Below are positions 36,077 through 45,514 of a DNA stretch of 64,000 nt, piece by piece. Source of the DNA: Candidatus Parcubacteria bacterium (GTDB lineage: Bacteria > Patescibacteriota > Patescibacteriia > Patescibacteriales > UBA12465). The notes beneath the pieces were generated by a model. The model was not told the origin of the DNA, ran no database searches, and was given only the letters and a program-made list of their open reading frames with translations. A program made the position numbers and the translations under genes. Positions within the stretch are counted from its first letter, which is position 1. Each line of letters begins with the position of its first letter. The DNA lies in assembly GCA_037076615.1 (NCBI GenBank), contig AP029158.1, positions 527,717 to 591,716 of the forward strand, written 5' to 3'.

Positions 36077-38188
36077 TTAATCACTAGTGGAGGCAGGTGG
36101 AAGGTGTTCACTAAAATACCAAGTCAAAATTTCGCGAGCAACCGCAGCCCCAACAGCACTACCCTCCTTGCCTTCTTCAACTAAAACCGTAAGCACAATT
36201 GACGGTTCTTCATAAGGAGCAAAGCTAGTAAACCAAGCATGCGGTTCTTTTTGGGTGGACCACTGCGCGGTACCAGTTTTTGCCGCCACCGGAACCGGAA
36301 CAACTTGCAAACTCCGCGCCGACCCAACAGTAACGGCTTGCCGCATTCCTTCGCGAACAATTTCTAAATTGTTATCATCAATAAAATCTTGCCGGATAAT
36401 ACTAGGCTCAATATTCTTAGTAACTTCATTATTAGAATTTAATAAGGCGCTCACTAAATGCGGTTTATAAAACCTGCCACCATTGGCAATCGTCGCGGTG
36501 TAGTTGGCAACTTGTAAAGGAGTAACGACGACATCGCCCTGCCCGATCGAAACATGGTAAGTATCCCCTATATACCAACGCTCCTTCTTGGCCTCCAATT
36601 TCCAATCGGCGCTCGGGAAAAAGCCGGGGGCTTCGCCTGGTAAATCAAGGCCACTAACTTCGCTGAGGCCAAAGAGTTGGGCATATTTACCTAAACGATC
36701 AATGCCTAAGCCGGTAAAGTTATCGTATCCGCCACCAATATAATAAAAGAAGGTATTAACGGAATCAGCAATGGCTTTCTTGACGTTGGTGGTGCCATGA
36801 CCACCGCTGCGCCAATCAGGAAAAAACCACTGACCAACCTGAAGCCCGCCTGTTGATAAAAAACTAGTAGCGGTATTAATAATTTTCTCTTGCAAAGCGG
36901 CGGCCGCGACCACGATTTTAAAAGTGGAGCCGCTAGGAAAACCGCCCGAGATGGCGCGATTAAGCAGTGGGCGATCAGGATCATTTAAATATTTATCATA
37001 ATCACCCTGGCTAATACCGGTAGCAAAAAGACGGTTGTCATAAGAGGGCAAGGAAACGAGCGCCAAGACTTCGCCATTTCTGGGATTTAAAGCCACGACG
37101 GCGCCCCGCCTTAAGTTCATCGTTTCTAAATGCTTACTTAAAACTTCCTCGGCATAGCCTTGCAGAGCAACATCTAAAGATAACTGCAAGCTCGCCCCAT
37201 CTTGCGCCGGGGTTTCGCTGATGATTTTTTTCTGCCGCCCCAAAGCATCAACTTCAATATTTTTCTGACCAGAAACACCGCGCAATTCTTTTTCCCAAGA
37301 AGCTTCTAGCCCGGTTTTGCCTAAATAATCAATCAAGGAATAGTCATCGCCCCATTTTTCTAACTCGGCCCGATTGATTTTGCCGGTATAACCAAGAATA
37401 TGAGATAAACTAGTAATTGTCTCTTCACTGCTAGCCGATTGGAGCGGAAATATATATTCACGCCGAATTTTATTGGAGAGGAAAACCCCGGGCGCCTCCG
37501 GCAACTTAAGAGCTAACAGCAAAGCCCGATCATAATCTAGATTATCCTTAACAAACAAGGGCTGATAAGACTCAAGCGAACCAATGACAACCTCATCTAA
37601 AAGATTTTTAATTAAAAAGTATGAGGGGTAGTCCTTAACTAGAGTTAAGTCGCCCAGCTGTTCCGTCGGGATATCATCCTCCCCCCGACTAAGGGTTTCT
37701 AAATCGCCATCAAGCCAATAAGCCAAGCGGCGAATCAACTGATCGCGCGTTTCCTCGTCACGAGGCAGTTCAATTGGCCGCAAGTAGAGAACAAAATTCG
37801 CAGCATTATTAACCAACTGAACCAGATTGCGGTCATAAATAATACCGCGCCGAGCTTCAACGGTCTCGGTTCTTAAGCGATTCCCCTCCGCTAAAGAATA
37901 ATAATAATCTCCTTTAACCACTTGAAGCCAAAAAGAGCGCCCCGCTAAGATTGAGAAAAAAATAATCAAGGCGATAGCAATAATTGGCAATCTAGCAAAA
38001 TCAAAAGTCTGGCCAACAAATTCTTTGCTGCCGCTATCCGCCAAAAAAGAGCGCTCCGTCCAATCGGAATAATAATAATTATCTTCCAGCTGGCCAAAAG
38101 AATACTCGCCTTCTTGAGTTACAAAGGGGTTGTTACCATCCCTCGAACCCTTTTTCTTATTTTGAAAACGATGTCTTAAAAACCTCAT
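36077..38188 (-). CDS. mrdA: Penicillin-binding protein 2 (class B transpeptidase)
   Basis: 703 aa. N-terminal TM, dimerisation domain, and transpeptidase motifs STFK, SVN and KTGTA. Confidence 0.9.
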   Translation of the reverse strand: MRFLRHRFQNKKKGSRDGNNPFVTQEGEYSFGQLEDNYYYSDWTERSFLADSGSKEFVGQTFDFARLPIIAIALIIFFSILAGRSFWLQVVKGDYYYSLAEGNRLRTETVEARRGIIYDRNLVQLVNNAANFVLYLRPIELPRDEETRDQLIRRLAYWLDGDLETLSRGEDDIPTEQLGDLTLVKDYPSYFLIKNLLDEVVIGSLESYQPLFVKDNLDYDRALLLALKLPEAPGVFLSNKIRREYIFPLQSASSEETITSLSHILGYTGKINRAELEKWGDDYSLIDYLGKTGLEASWEKELRGVSGQKNIEVDALGRQKKIISETPAQDGASLQLSLDVALQGYAEEVLSKHLETMNLRRGAVVALNPRNGEVLALVSLPSYDNRLFATGISQGDYDKYLNDPDRPLLNRAISGGFPSGSTFKIVVAAAALQEKIINTATSFLSTGGLQVGQWFFPDWRSGGHGTTNVKKAIADSVNTFFYYIGGGYDNFTGLGIDRLGKYAQLFGLSEVSGLDLPGEAPGFFPSADWKLEAKKERWYIGDTYHVSIGQGDVVVTPLQVANYTATIANGGRFYKPHLVSALLNSNNEVTKNIEPSIIRQDFIDDNNLEIVREGMRQAVTVGSARSLQVVPVPVAAKTGTAQWSTQKEPHAWFTSFAPYEEPSIVLTVLVEEGKEGSAVGAAVAREILTWYFSEHLPPASTSD

Positions 38189-38319
38189 AAGTCTTATAAT
38201 AATAGCGAGGGGGTTTTAAAAAAGCAATTATCTAAAAATTAACAAGGCTTAATCTTTAACTTTTATTAAGCGTAATTGTTTTATAATAAAGGAGGAATGT
38301 TAAATTATTAGCGGAGCCT

Positions 38320-39021
38320 ATGAAAATACTTTTAATCGAAGATGATTTTTTTGTTGCGAAAAATTTAACCTTATTTTTAAAAGAAAAAGGACATTACTTA
38401 AATTGGGCTAAAGATGGGAAAATCGGCTTAGAGTTAGCCCAAAAAGAAAACTATCATTTAATTATTACCGACTATTTGCTTCCCGGATTAAACGGCCAAG
38501 AGCTAATCAGTCGCTTGCGCGCGGAGGGTTATAATCAGCCAATTATGGCAATCTCGGTCTGCAAAGAAGCGGAAGATAAAGCTAAGCTTTTAAACGAGGG
38601 CGCTGATGATTATCTGGTCAAGCCCTTCCTTTTGACTGAATTAGAAGCGAAAATCGGCTCTTTAGCGAGGCGGCAAGCGGCGGCGGAAGCTAATCTTTGC
38701 TATGACTCCGAATTAGAATTAAACCCCGCCAAAAGAGAGCTGCGTTGCCGAAACCAAAAAACCACGCTCACTAATAAAGAGTTTTTACTGTTGAAATTTT
38801 TAATGACTAATCCAGGGCGGATATTATCCTACCAAGAAATCTGTGAACAAGCCTGGGAAGAAGAAAGTTTTTGCCGCCATAATTTAGTCGAGGTATACAT
38901 TTTAAAACTACGAAAAAAATTAAAACAAAAAAAACCATCTCCAATTGAGACGGTTTCTGCCCGGGGCTATCGCTGGCGCGAAAAAAACTCAGAAAAAATT
39001 AACCCTTTTCAATTTTACTAA
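38320..39021 (+). CDS. OmpR-family response regulator (canonical receiver)
   Basis: 233 aa. EDD, ITDYLLPG (phospho-acceptor Asp) and LVKPF are present, with a winged-helix C-terminus ...RGYRW. Confidence 0.9.
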   Translation: MKILLIEDDFFVAKNLTLFLKEKGHYLNWAKDGKIGLELAQKENYHLIITDYLLPGLNGQELISRLRAEGYNQPIMAISVCKEAEDKAKLLNEGADDYLVKPFLLTELEAKIGSLARRQAAAEANLCYDSELELNPAKRELRCRNQKTTLTNKEFLLLKFLMTNPGRILSYQEICEQAWEEESFCRHNLVEVYILKLRKKLKQKKPSPIETVSARGYRWREKNSEKINPFQFY

Positions 39022-39960
39022 TTACCGACAATCAAGACCCATTCTTAAGGATTGTAAATTATTATGCATTAAGCTTAAAAATGTCACCCCGGAAATGGGG
39101 TCAAAACGACCAACATTATGAGCCGCATTTAGAGCCAGTAGCTCCACCCCCGCCCCACGTCGCATTAGCGAACCTAAATAAGGCATAATCAACTCCTCAA
39201 AAAAAATGTAAGGCTGACCACTAGTTTTTAATTGATTACTGAGAGTTAGAATAAGTTCGGCATTGACACTATCATCAGGAACAAAGCCTTGCAGCGCTTG
39301 ATAATTTAAATTATAACGTCGGGCCAAGTAAGCGAAAGTATCATGGCCGGCAATAACCAGGTCGCGCCAGTGGCAATCACTTAAACCAGCAGCAAATTCT
39401 TGATCTAACTCTTCTAATTCTTTCTGGTAAGCCACCGCTCGGGTCTCATAATTAGCCGCGAAGGCCGGATCAAGTTCCTGATAGGCGTCTTTGATTCTTT
39501 CAACCATCTTAGACGCCAAAGAGAAGTCTAGCCAGACATGAGGATCATTATCGGAAGACTCCAAGCCCGCCCCGACCGCTACCTTATTAACAGTTTTTAA
39601 TTCACTAGCCCAGGGCTCTAAAATGTCTGAGGTGTAGAAAAATAGAGCCGATTGCTTAATCGCTGCCAGTGTTTCGGCGGTCGGTCTAAAACTATGAAGC
39701 TCAACACTGGGAGGCAGAACCAAACTAACGACCGCCTGATCACCGCCGACGACACGGGCAAATTCAAAAACTGGGAAAGAGGCGGTAGTGACGACCAGGC
39801 GCCCGGAAGCATCTCTGGCAACGGTAATCTCTGCTACCGGCGAATTAGTTTTTTTTAAAAAAAATAAATAAGCAAAAAGAATTAATAAAATTAAAAAAAC
39901 AAAAGCTAAAAACCAAAATAGTCGTCGCTTAGTTTTATTTTTTCCAATTTCAATTGCCAT
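39022..39960 (-). CDS. TM-anchored metal ABC-type substrate-binding protein (ZnuA/TroA family)
   Basis: 312 aa. N-terminal TM helix; ELHSFRP, DPHVWLD and AGHDTFAYL metal-ligand contexts. No permease or ATPase genes are adjacent. Confidence 0.75.
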   Translation of the reverse strand: MAIEIGKNKTKRRLFWFLAFVFLILLILFAYLFFLKKTNSPVAEITVARDASGRLVVTTASFPVFEFARVVGGDQAVVSLVLPPSVELHSFRPTAETLAAIKQSALFFYTSDILEPWASELKTVNKVAVGAGLESSDNDPHVWLDFSLASKMVERIKDAYQELDPAFAANYETRAVAYQKELEELDQEFAAGLSDCHWRDLVIAGHDTFAYLARRYNLNYQALQGFVPDDSVNAELILTLSNQLKTSGQPYIFFEELIMPYLGSLMRRGAGVELLALNAAHNVGRFDPISGVTFLSLMHNNLQSLRMGLDCR

Positions 39961-39962
39961 AA

Positions 39963-41057
39963 TTACTTAAGATCAAAAACCGGAATTTCTGATCGGTTAA
40001 AAGTTCGTAAGGGCGGCCCCCAAGTACCAACTCCGGAACTAGTATAGAGCTTTAAATCGCCAACCTTATGCCAACCGTAATGATAGGGGCCAAACACCAA
40101 GCGCGTCAGGATATTTAGAGGAAAGAGTTGCCCCCGATGAGTGTGTCCCGATAACTGCCAATCCACGCCCAATAACTGGGCGGCCTCAATATCTTCCGGG
40201 ACATGTTTTAATAATAAGCGGGGCTGTCCGTCATCAGGAGCTAAATTATTTATTTCTGGACGAACATAAACATCAGCGGCCCCCTGATTATAAGACCAGC
40301 CAATAACTTCCAAGCCATCAAGCATCACCGCCCGATTGTTTAAAACAATAATTCCCTCCTCTTGCAGCATTTTTTCCAAAGTAGCCTCGGACACATTTAA
40401 ATAATGCTCATGATTACCAAAAACAAACAAAACGCCATCGATTGCCTCCAATTTTCCTAACTGTTTAATAAAACTGGCAATATCCACCGGCTTACCATCA
40501 AAAATATCACCGGTTAAAACTAAGAGATCGGGCTCAAGATTATTAACACGTTCCACTAGATCAGCTAAAAAGCGCGGTCCATAGACACCATCATCTAAAT
40601 GGATATCGGATAATTGGACAATTCTTTTTCCCTGCCAATACGAAGGAAGATTATCTAAAGCGACTTCAAAATGGACGACTTTAGGAGACAGGGCCTGGAA
40701 GAGGCCAATTAAGGAAATAATTAAAGCCACCAAAAAACCGAGGCCAGAGAGCAAACGCCAATTAGCTTTTAGAGGAGTTTTTTTCAAAAGCGCCAGCAGG
40801 ATAGCCACTCCCAGTAAATAAAAAAGTAAGCCTGCCCAAAGGGAAAAAAATACTGATAGCCATTGTATCAGATAAGAATCACTGACCCGAGACCAAGGGA
40901 AAAAAATAAAAAAACCAGCAACTAAAAGAAAAATTAGGCTGGCGGCAATAATTTTCCCAAAACGAGCCAGTTTTAATAAATCGACAAATAGTAAAGCCAC
41001 CAAATAAACACCAAACAGAATCAGGACCGCAGATAAGACTAAAAAAGGAAAAGGCAT
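39963..41057 (-). CDS. Membrane-anchored metallophosphoesterase
   Basis: 364 aa. Four to five N-terminal TM helices, then calcineurin-like motifs QLSDIHLD, TGDIFDG, GNHE and GHTH. Confidence 0.85.
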   Translation of the reverse strand: MPFPFLVLSAVLILFGVYLVALLFVDLLKLARFGKIIAASLIFLLVAGFFIFFPWSRVSDSYLIQWLSVFFSLWAGLLFYLLGVAILLALLKKTPLKANWRLLSGLGFLVALIISLIGLFQALSPKVVHFEVALDNLPSYWQGKRIVQLSDIHLDDGVYGPRFLADLVERVNNLEPDLLVLTGDIFDGKPVDIASFIKQLGKLEAIDGVLFVFGNHEHYLNVSEATLEKMLQEEGIIVLNNRAVMLDGLEVIGWSYNQGAADVYVRPEINNLAPDDGQPRLLLKHVPEDIEAAQLLGVDWQLSGHTHRGQLFPLNILTRLVFGPYHYGWHKVGDLKLYTSSGVGTWGPPLRTFNRSEIPVFDLK

Positions 41058-41117
41058 AAAGACTAGAGATTAGTAACAATAAATCTATTATAACAAAATC
41101 TTTAAATAATAACATCT

Positions 41118-41762
41118 ATGCATTTAACGGTTTTTAGCTTCGGCGGCTGGCCTGATTTTCTAGAAAAACTAGAGGCGACTTTGAAGCGCGGCGACCCCAA
41201 TAAAAGCGAGATTTTTATTCCTCCCGAAAGCGAAGTGCTAATAATTATTCCGGGAAAAAAGCGGGCGGCCGCCGGTAGTTTGTGCCGGCACCTGAGGAGA
41301 GCTAAGATATTTTTGCCAATAATGGTGATTGGCGAAAAAATCAGTTTAGCGCAGGGGGAAAATTTTCTTAAATCTGGGGCCGATGATTATTTGTCAGGCG
41401 ACTGGGAGTTAATTGAGCTTCAAGCGCGCCTCGAGGCCCTACGAAGGCGACCGCAAGTCTTTATTAACTCTCCTTTAAAAATAAAAAATCTGAAAATTGA
41501 TTTTTTTAAACGACAGGCCAGCGTCAATCAAAAATCTTTACTTCTGACGCCTAAAGAATTTGATATTTTAGAATACCTAGGCAAGAACCAGCATCGCCTG
41601 GTTAACCGAGAAGAATTAAGTCTTGAACTTTGGACTAGTAATTTCAACGATTTATCACAAACGGTTAACAGCCACCTTTCTAATTTGCGGTCAAAGCTAA
41701 AGAATAGCGCTGCTGAGGTTCAAATCACCACCGTTTTCGGGGGCGGTTATTTTTTAAAGTAA
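41118..41762 (+). CDS. OmpR-family regulator with degenerate (pseudo-)receiver domain
   Basis: 214 aa. The winged-helix C-terminus is intact (LTPKEFDILEYL...GGGYFL). The receiver lacks the acidic pair (LTVFSFGG), the acceptor Asp (LIIIPGKK) and the conserved Lys (DDYLSGDW). Confidence 0.8.
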   Translation: MHLTVFSFGGWPDFLEKLEATLKRGDPNKSEIFIPPESEVLIIIPGKKRAAAGSLCRHLRRAKIFLPIMVIGEKISLAQGENFLKSGADDYLSGDWELIELQARLEALRRRPQVFINSPLKIKNLKIDFFKRQASVNQKSLLLTPKEFDILEYLGKNQHRLVNREELSLELWTSNFNDLSQTVNSHLSNLRSKLKNSAAEVQITTVFGGGYFLK

Positions 41763-41772
41763 GCTTAAAAAT

Positions 41773-42654
41773 ATGAAATTTTTTGCTCTTTATTTTTTCG
41801 CCAGCAGCCTTACCATCCTCGCCACTTTATTTTTTCAGCGCCAGCATTTTCAGAAAAAACTCTTTAAGAAAGAGGCGACCTTAAAAGACCAAATAAATCA
41901 GTCTTTATTAGATTTTAAAAGAAATAAGGCTAAGGAATTAGAAAATTATCACTGCCTGGTTGAGGTCGGTCGCTTAGCCAGTGGAATTCTTCATGATCTC
42001 GTCAACCCCCTAACCGCGCTAACTCTAAATCTAGAACAAACCCGCTTTTCCAATTTAAGCGACATCAAGGCGGACGAATGGGAACAAAAACTAAATGAGG
42101 GTAGCATTTTATGCGACCGGATGACCCGACTCATCAAAGCCGCCAGCAAACAGCTTAACGCGAAAACGGAACAGAAAAACTGGTTCTTAATCGATGAAGA
42201 AATAATTAATGTTTTAAATCTTCTTAATTATAAAGCCCAGCTCCATCAGGTAAGCTTACGGAGAGATTTAGAAAAAGATTTATTTTTAAATAATAACGCG
42301 ATAAAGTTTAGCCGTATTATCTCTAATCTGGTTAGCAATGCGATTGAAGCAGCCGATACTAATAAAAAATCTTCTTGGGTAGAAATAAAAACTCGCGCGG
42401 CTGCTGGTCGTTTGCTAATAACTATTACCGACAATGGCTTTGGGTTTCCTAATCACCTCAAAGATAAATTATTTGAACCATTTTTTAGCACTAAAGACGG
42501 CGGCCACAATTTAGGCTTAGGACTAGCAATTGTTTCGGATTTAGTCAAAAAAGATTTTTCCGGCGATTTACGCGTTGTCAGTGCAGCGGGGAAATTTACC
42601 AGCTTCACGGCCGATCTGCCCCTAAACAAAAAAGACCTCAGCGTAGAGGTCTAG
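41773..42654 (+). CDS. Sensor histidine kinase (single TM, no obvious sensor domain)
   Basis: 293 aa. H-box GILHDLVNPLTAL; N, G1 and G2 boxes (NLVSNAIEA, DNGFGF, GLGLGLA). Confidence 0.88.
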   Translation: MKFFALYFFASSLTILATLFFQRQHFQKKLFKKEATLKDQINQSLLDFKRNKAKELENYHCLVEVGRLASGILHDLVNPLTALTLNLEQTRFSNLSDIKADEWEQKLNEGSILCDRMTRLIKAASKQLNAKTEQKNWFLIDEEIINVLNLLNYKAQLHQVSLRRDLEKDLFLNNNAIKFSRIISNLVSNAIEAADTNKKSSWVEIKTRAAAGRLLITITDNGFGFPNHLKDKLFEPFFSTKDGGHNLGLGLAIVSDLVKKDFSGDLRVVSAAGKFTSFTADLPLNKKDLSVEV

Positions 42655-42682
42655 TTACTTAATTACTTAGAAAACGGTTGTT

Positions 42683-43453
42683 TTAATTCGGTAAAGATTT
42701 ATGCTTTTTTTTGGCACTCATAAACACCAGCCCGCCCAAAAATATTAAGAGCGCGATAACCGCGGCAACAATAACAGCGGGATACTCACCCTTAAAGCCG
42801 CTCTCCGCTAGATGTCTGTAAAGAATCGCGCCGTAGGCCCAAATCAGCACTAGACCGTAAGCAAGGGAGCGATCCTTGAGCATTCGCCAGGAGCCAATAA
42901 GTGCCCCCACGAGTAAAATTGCGACTGTCCAAAAAACTTCAGAAGGACCAAATCTGTTCCAGCCGATTTTTACCAAAAAAACAGTAATATTGGCAATGGT
43001 GGCGACCGTAATCCAGCCGAAATAAACACTAAAGGGTAAACGCAGCCGCCAACCCTCTGACGGCGTGAGCTTAGCCGACCTTAAAACATCAGCAATTTTT
43101 ATTAGCGTAATTAGTAAGCCGATAATTAGTAGGACGGAGAGCCAAATAACTTCATAATGCCAAGCGAATATCCAGGCGGCATTTAAAAGCGCATTAATAA
43201 TAAACAAGCGATTAACGAAGGCGACCTCTTTTTTGCTCTGTCGAAACTGGTAAACAACATAAACTCCTAAAAGAATGTAGATTAAGCTCCAAATAGAAAA
43301 AGCATAACCAGCGGGGGCAAAAAGATTCGGGTAACTATCAGAAATATCGCCAGTTTTCCGGCCAGCCAAGGGCAGTAAGACTGCTAAGGCGTTGACCATT
43401 ACCATAGTAAGGTAAGCGCCCAAGGTGGAAATTTTTAAAAACTTGTTGTTCAT
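42683..43453 (-). CDS. TspO/MBR-related tryptophan-rich membrane protein (long form)
   Basis: 256 aa, 7-8 TM helices, Trp-rich. LFAPAGYAFSIWSLIYILLG resembles TspO-family motifs. Assignment is tentative. Confidence 0.55.
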   Translation of the reverse strand: MNNKFLKISTLGAYLTMVMVNALAVLLPLAGRKTGDISDSYPNLFAPAGYAFSIWSLIYILLGVYVVYQFRQSKKEVAFVNRLFIINALLNAAWIFAWHYEVIWLSVLLIIGLLITLIKIADVLRSAKLTPSEGWRLRLPFSVYFGWITVATIANITVFLVKIGWNRFGPSEVFWTVAILLVGALIGSWRMLKDRSLAYGLVLIWAYGAILYRHLAESGFKGEYPAVIVAAVIALLIFLGGLVFMSAKKKHKSLPN

Positions 43454-43498
43454 AAAATCCTCTTTAATTAATATTCTTTTATAAGCTCCTCCTCATCT

Positions 43499-43766
43499 TC
43501 AATAACGCGATAAGCGGAAATATTGCCACTCGGTAAAAGTTTTGGTGGGCACAAAATAATCATTACCTGAAGTGTTCTCAATGGCCAGCCGAGGGAACGA
43601 TTCGCTCCCACTAGAATTAGTATAAACCACTCCGGTTATCGTCCTGTTTGCTGGCACCCGGTATCCACTTAAACGCGCATCAATAGCCAGCGCTAAAACG
43701 GGAATAATCAAAACAATAAAAACTAAAAAATTTTAAAAAACTATTGGTTTCGTTAAAAAATTTCAT
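43499..43766 (-). CDS. Possible small secreted/anchored protein, reading frame interrupted in a T6 run
   Basis: The track ORF (43499..43711) starts at TTG inside a hydrophobic helix. An ATG at 43766 opens MKFFNETNSFLKFF... in the adjacent frame, and removing one T from the run at 43725-43730 joins them into an 87-aa signal-anchor protein. An extended -10 promoter (TGCTATAAT) lies at 43815-43823. Confidence 0.3.
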
Positions 43767-43845
43767 AGTTTTAAAAAAAATAAAAAACTATTTTAAAAAA
43801 GTAAATTTAAAATAATTATAGCAAGTCTTTAATGTAATGTATATT

Positions 43846-43877
43846 AAAAAAGGATGCTTAGCCTAAGCATCCTTTTT
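43846..43877. terminator. Bidirectional intrinsic terminator downstream of the FISUMP lipoprotein gene
   Basis: AGGATGCTTA-GCC-TAAGCATCCT hairpin flanked by an A5 run and a T5 run. Confidence 0.75.
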
Positions 43878-43896
43878 AAGTTGAGATTACCTCTAC

Positions 43897-45219
43897 TTAT
43901 TTATCACTTTTTTTCAGCAAGCGTAAGCCGCAATACATTTTTTGGCTATAAAAACGGCCGAGCGTTAAATGGTTTAAATCATTAGAGATTTCAACCATGT
44001 GTCCATAAGCTGAGCCTTCGGAGGTAGCGGTCCACCAAGTGGCGCTTTCTCTTAAGTTCATATAAACCCACTGATTATCGGTGTTTTCAGCAAAAGCACC
44101 ATTACCTACGGCCGTAAAACCGGAAGAATTAGTCGGGGGGTTATAAGAATTAGGATTTTTCCAATACGTTTCTCCCTTAGCCATCATCAATGGTCCGGCT
44201 TTCCAAGCCTCCTTGCTGCCGGCCAAATACTCTCCTAAATCCCAAAATTCCGATAGTGTTGGAGTGGCCCAACCAATTATTAACTCCCGCTCATCGTTGC
44301 CCACGTAGAAATTGTAAAGGTTGCCATAGAGCTCACCATTTTTTGGATCATTATCGTATTGGCAATAAGCGCCAGTACTCAGATCGCCCCAATTGCCAGC
44401 ACTGCCCACATTTGGAATGGGATCACCATTGGCATAATGCGTTGTTCTCAAATTTTCCCGCAACCAAACCTGATCGCCGATGGTAACGGCATGATACAAA
44501 TTACCGTCATAATCAATGACCGCAAAAGTCTCAAACTCACTCATGTCACTTATCACAATTCCAGCCTGGTTATCGAGCTCCACTTGATAATAAATTTTAG
44601 TACCCAGTGGCAACTCACTAAGACCAACCGAAACTTCAAGGCTATCAGCCCCCTGATAAAGGGTCGTTAGCGTTTTTGCTTTTGGTGTTTTTTCGGCATC
44701 GGTCCAATACTTAAAAGTTACTTTAGTTTCTGGTTGATAAGGAATAATCGTCGCATTCAAAGTGGCTTCAAAACGAGTCACTTCGGTGGCGGGCTTAACC
44801 AGCACTCCTGCTTTAGTTAAAGAGAGCGTTTTAAAAGTACCGGTTTTAGCATCCGAACCGCCGTCATTCACAATCATGACTCTAAAGTCGTAGGAAGTAT
44901 TGGGTTTTAACTTAGACAAAGGGATAGATATACTAACAGCATCTGCGCCTTTATCTGGAAGTGATAAAAGCTTGTTCTCTTTTACTTCCTGATGAAGAGC
45001 TTCAAAATACTCTAGAGAAATGTTCGCTGCTCCATTAGTAAATACGGAAAAAACGATTACCGCTTCAGTGGTGGCGACATCTTTAACGCTCGTAATAGAA
45101 ACTGACGGTTTAAGTAAAACGGGGTCAGGATCAGAACAAGCAAAAAATGAAACTAAGAAAAAGACGCTGGCAAGAAAAACTATCGTTTTCCACAGCCCCG
45201 ATTTACAATTTGTTCTCAT
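43897..45219 (-). CDS. Lipoprotein with tandem Ig/Fn3-like repeats and a C-terminal Fibrobacter succinogenes major paralogous (FISUMP) domain
   Basis: The ATG at 45219 (MRTNCKSGLWKTIVFLASVFFLVSFFAC|SDPD) gives a lipobox; the track start at 45264 is TTG. The C-terminus carries DYDGNLYHAVTIGDQVWLRENL, GNLYNFY, NSSGFTAVGNG, WWTAT and ...CGLRLLKK, matching the FISUMP pattern. Confidence 0.75.
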   Translation of the reverse strand: MRTNCKSGLWKTIVFLASVFFLVSFFACSDPDPVLLKPSVSITSVKDVATTEAVIVFSVFTNGAANISLEYFEALHQEVKENKLLSLPDKGADAVSISIPLSKLKPNTSYDFRVMIVNDGGSDAKTGTFKTLSLTKAGVLVKPATEVTRFEATLNATIIPYQPETKVTFKYWTDAEKTPKAKTLTTLYQGADSLEVSVGLSELPLGTKIYYQVELDNQAGIVISDMSEFETFAVIDYDGNLYHAVTIGDQVWLRENLRTTHYANGDPIPNVGSAGNWGDLSTGAYCQYDNDPKNGELYGNLYNFYVGNDERELIIGWATPTLSEFWDLGEYLAGSKEAWKAGPLMMAKGETYWKNPNSYNPPTNSSGFTAVGNGAFAENTDNQWVYMNLRESATWWTATSEGSAYGHMVEISNDLNHLTLGRFYSQKMYCGLRLLKKSDK

Positions 45220-45394
45220 TATCTTTGTTTTTTGTTTTTTATTTTTAAGGTACCTTTTACTCAATTATTTGGCCTTTTAGCCTAATTAAGTATAAGCCAA
45301 CAATAACCTTATTATTGGAATTTGTCAAGTGGTTCGTAGTAGCTCAATGGCCTGGCAACGCCTGCCCCCAAAACCATATCAACCTGTTTAAAGT

Positions 45395-45425
45395 ATAAAA
45401 AAACAAGCTAAAAGCTTGTTTTTTG
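45395..45425. terminator. Hairpin terminator downstream of tRNA-Gln
   Basis: AAAAAACAAGC-TAAAA-GCTTGTTTTTT. Confidence 0.65.
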
Positions 45426-45432
45426 TGGGGTG

Positions 45433-45503
45433 CTCGGGGACAGGGATTCGAACCCCGATAGCCAGGACCAAAACCTGGAGTCCTACCATTAGACGATCCC
45501 CGA
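45433..45503 (-). tRNA. tRNA-Gln (anticodon UUG)
   Basis: 71-nt cloverleaf on the minus strand: acceptor TCGGGGA/TCCCCGA, anticodon stem CCAGG/CCTGG with loop TTTTGGT, T arm CGGGG-TTCGAAT-CCCTG, and a 4-nt variable loop. Confidence 0.85.
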
Positions 45504-45514
45504 ATTGCTTTCTT

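Noticed and set aside
43712-43800. 11-bp direct repeat AAAAAACTATT (43735 and 43784) and A/T tracts in the spacer.
   Set aside because: Low-complexity AT-rich promoter or UP-element-like sequence. There are only two copies and no CRISPR- or iteron-like regularity.
45342-45385. tRNA-like fragment GGTTCGTAGTAGCTCAATGGCCTGGCAACGCC, which could be an att-site remnant beside tRNA-Gln.
   Set aside because: Only the acceptor and D-loop-like start is present. There is no matching D-stem return, anticodon arm or T arm, and it does not repeat the 3' end of tRNA-Gln.
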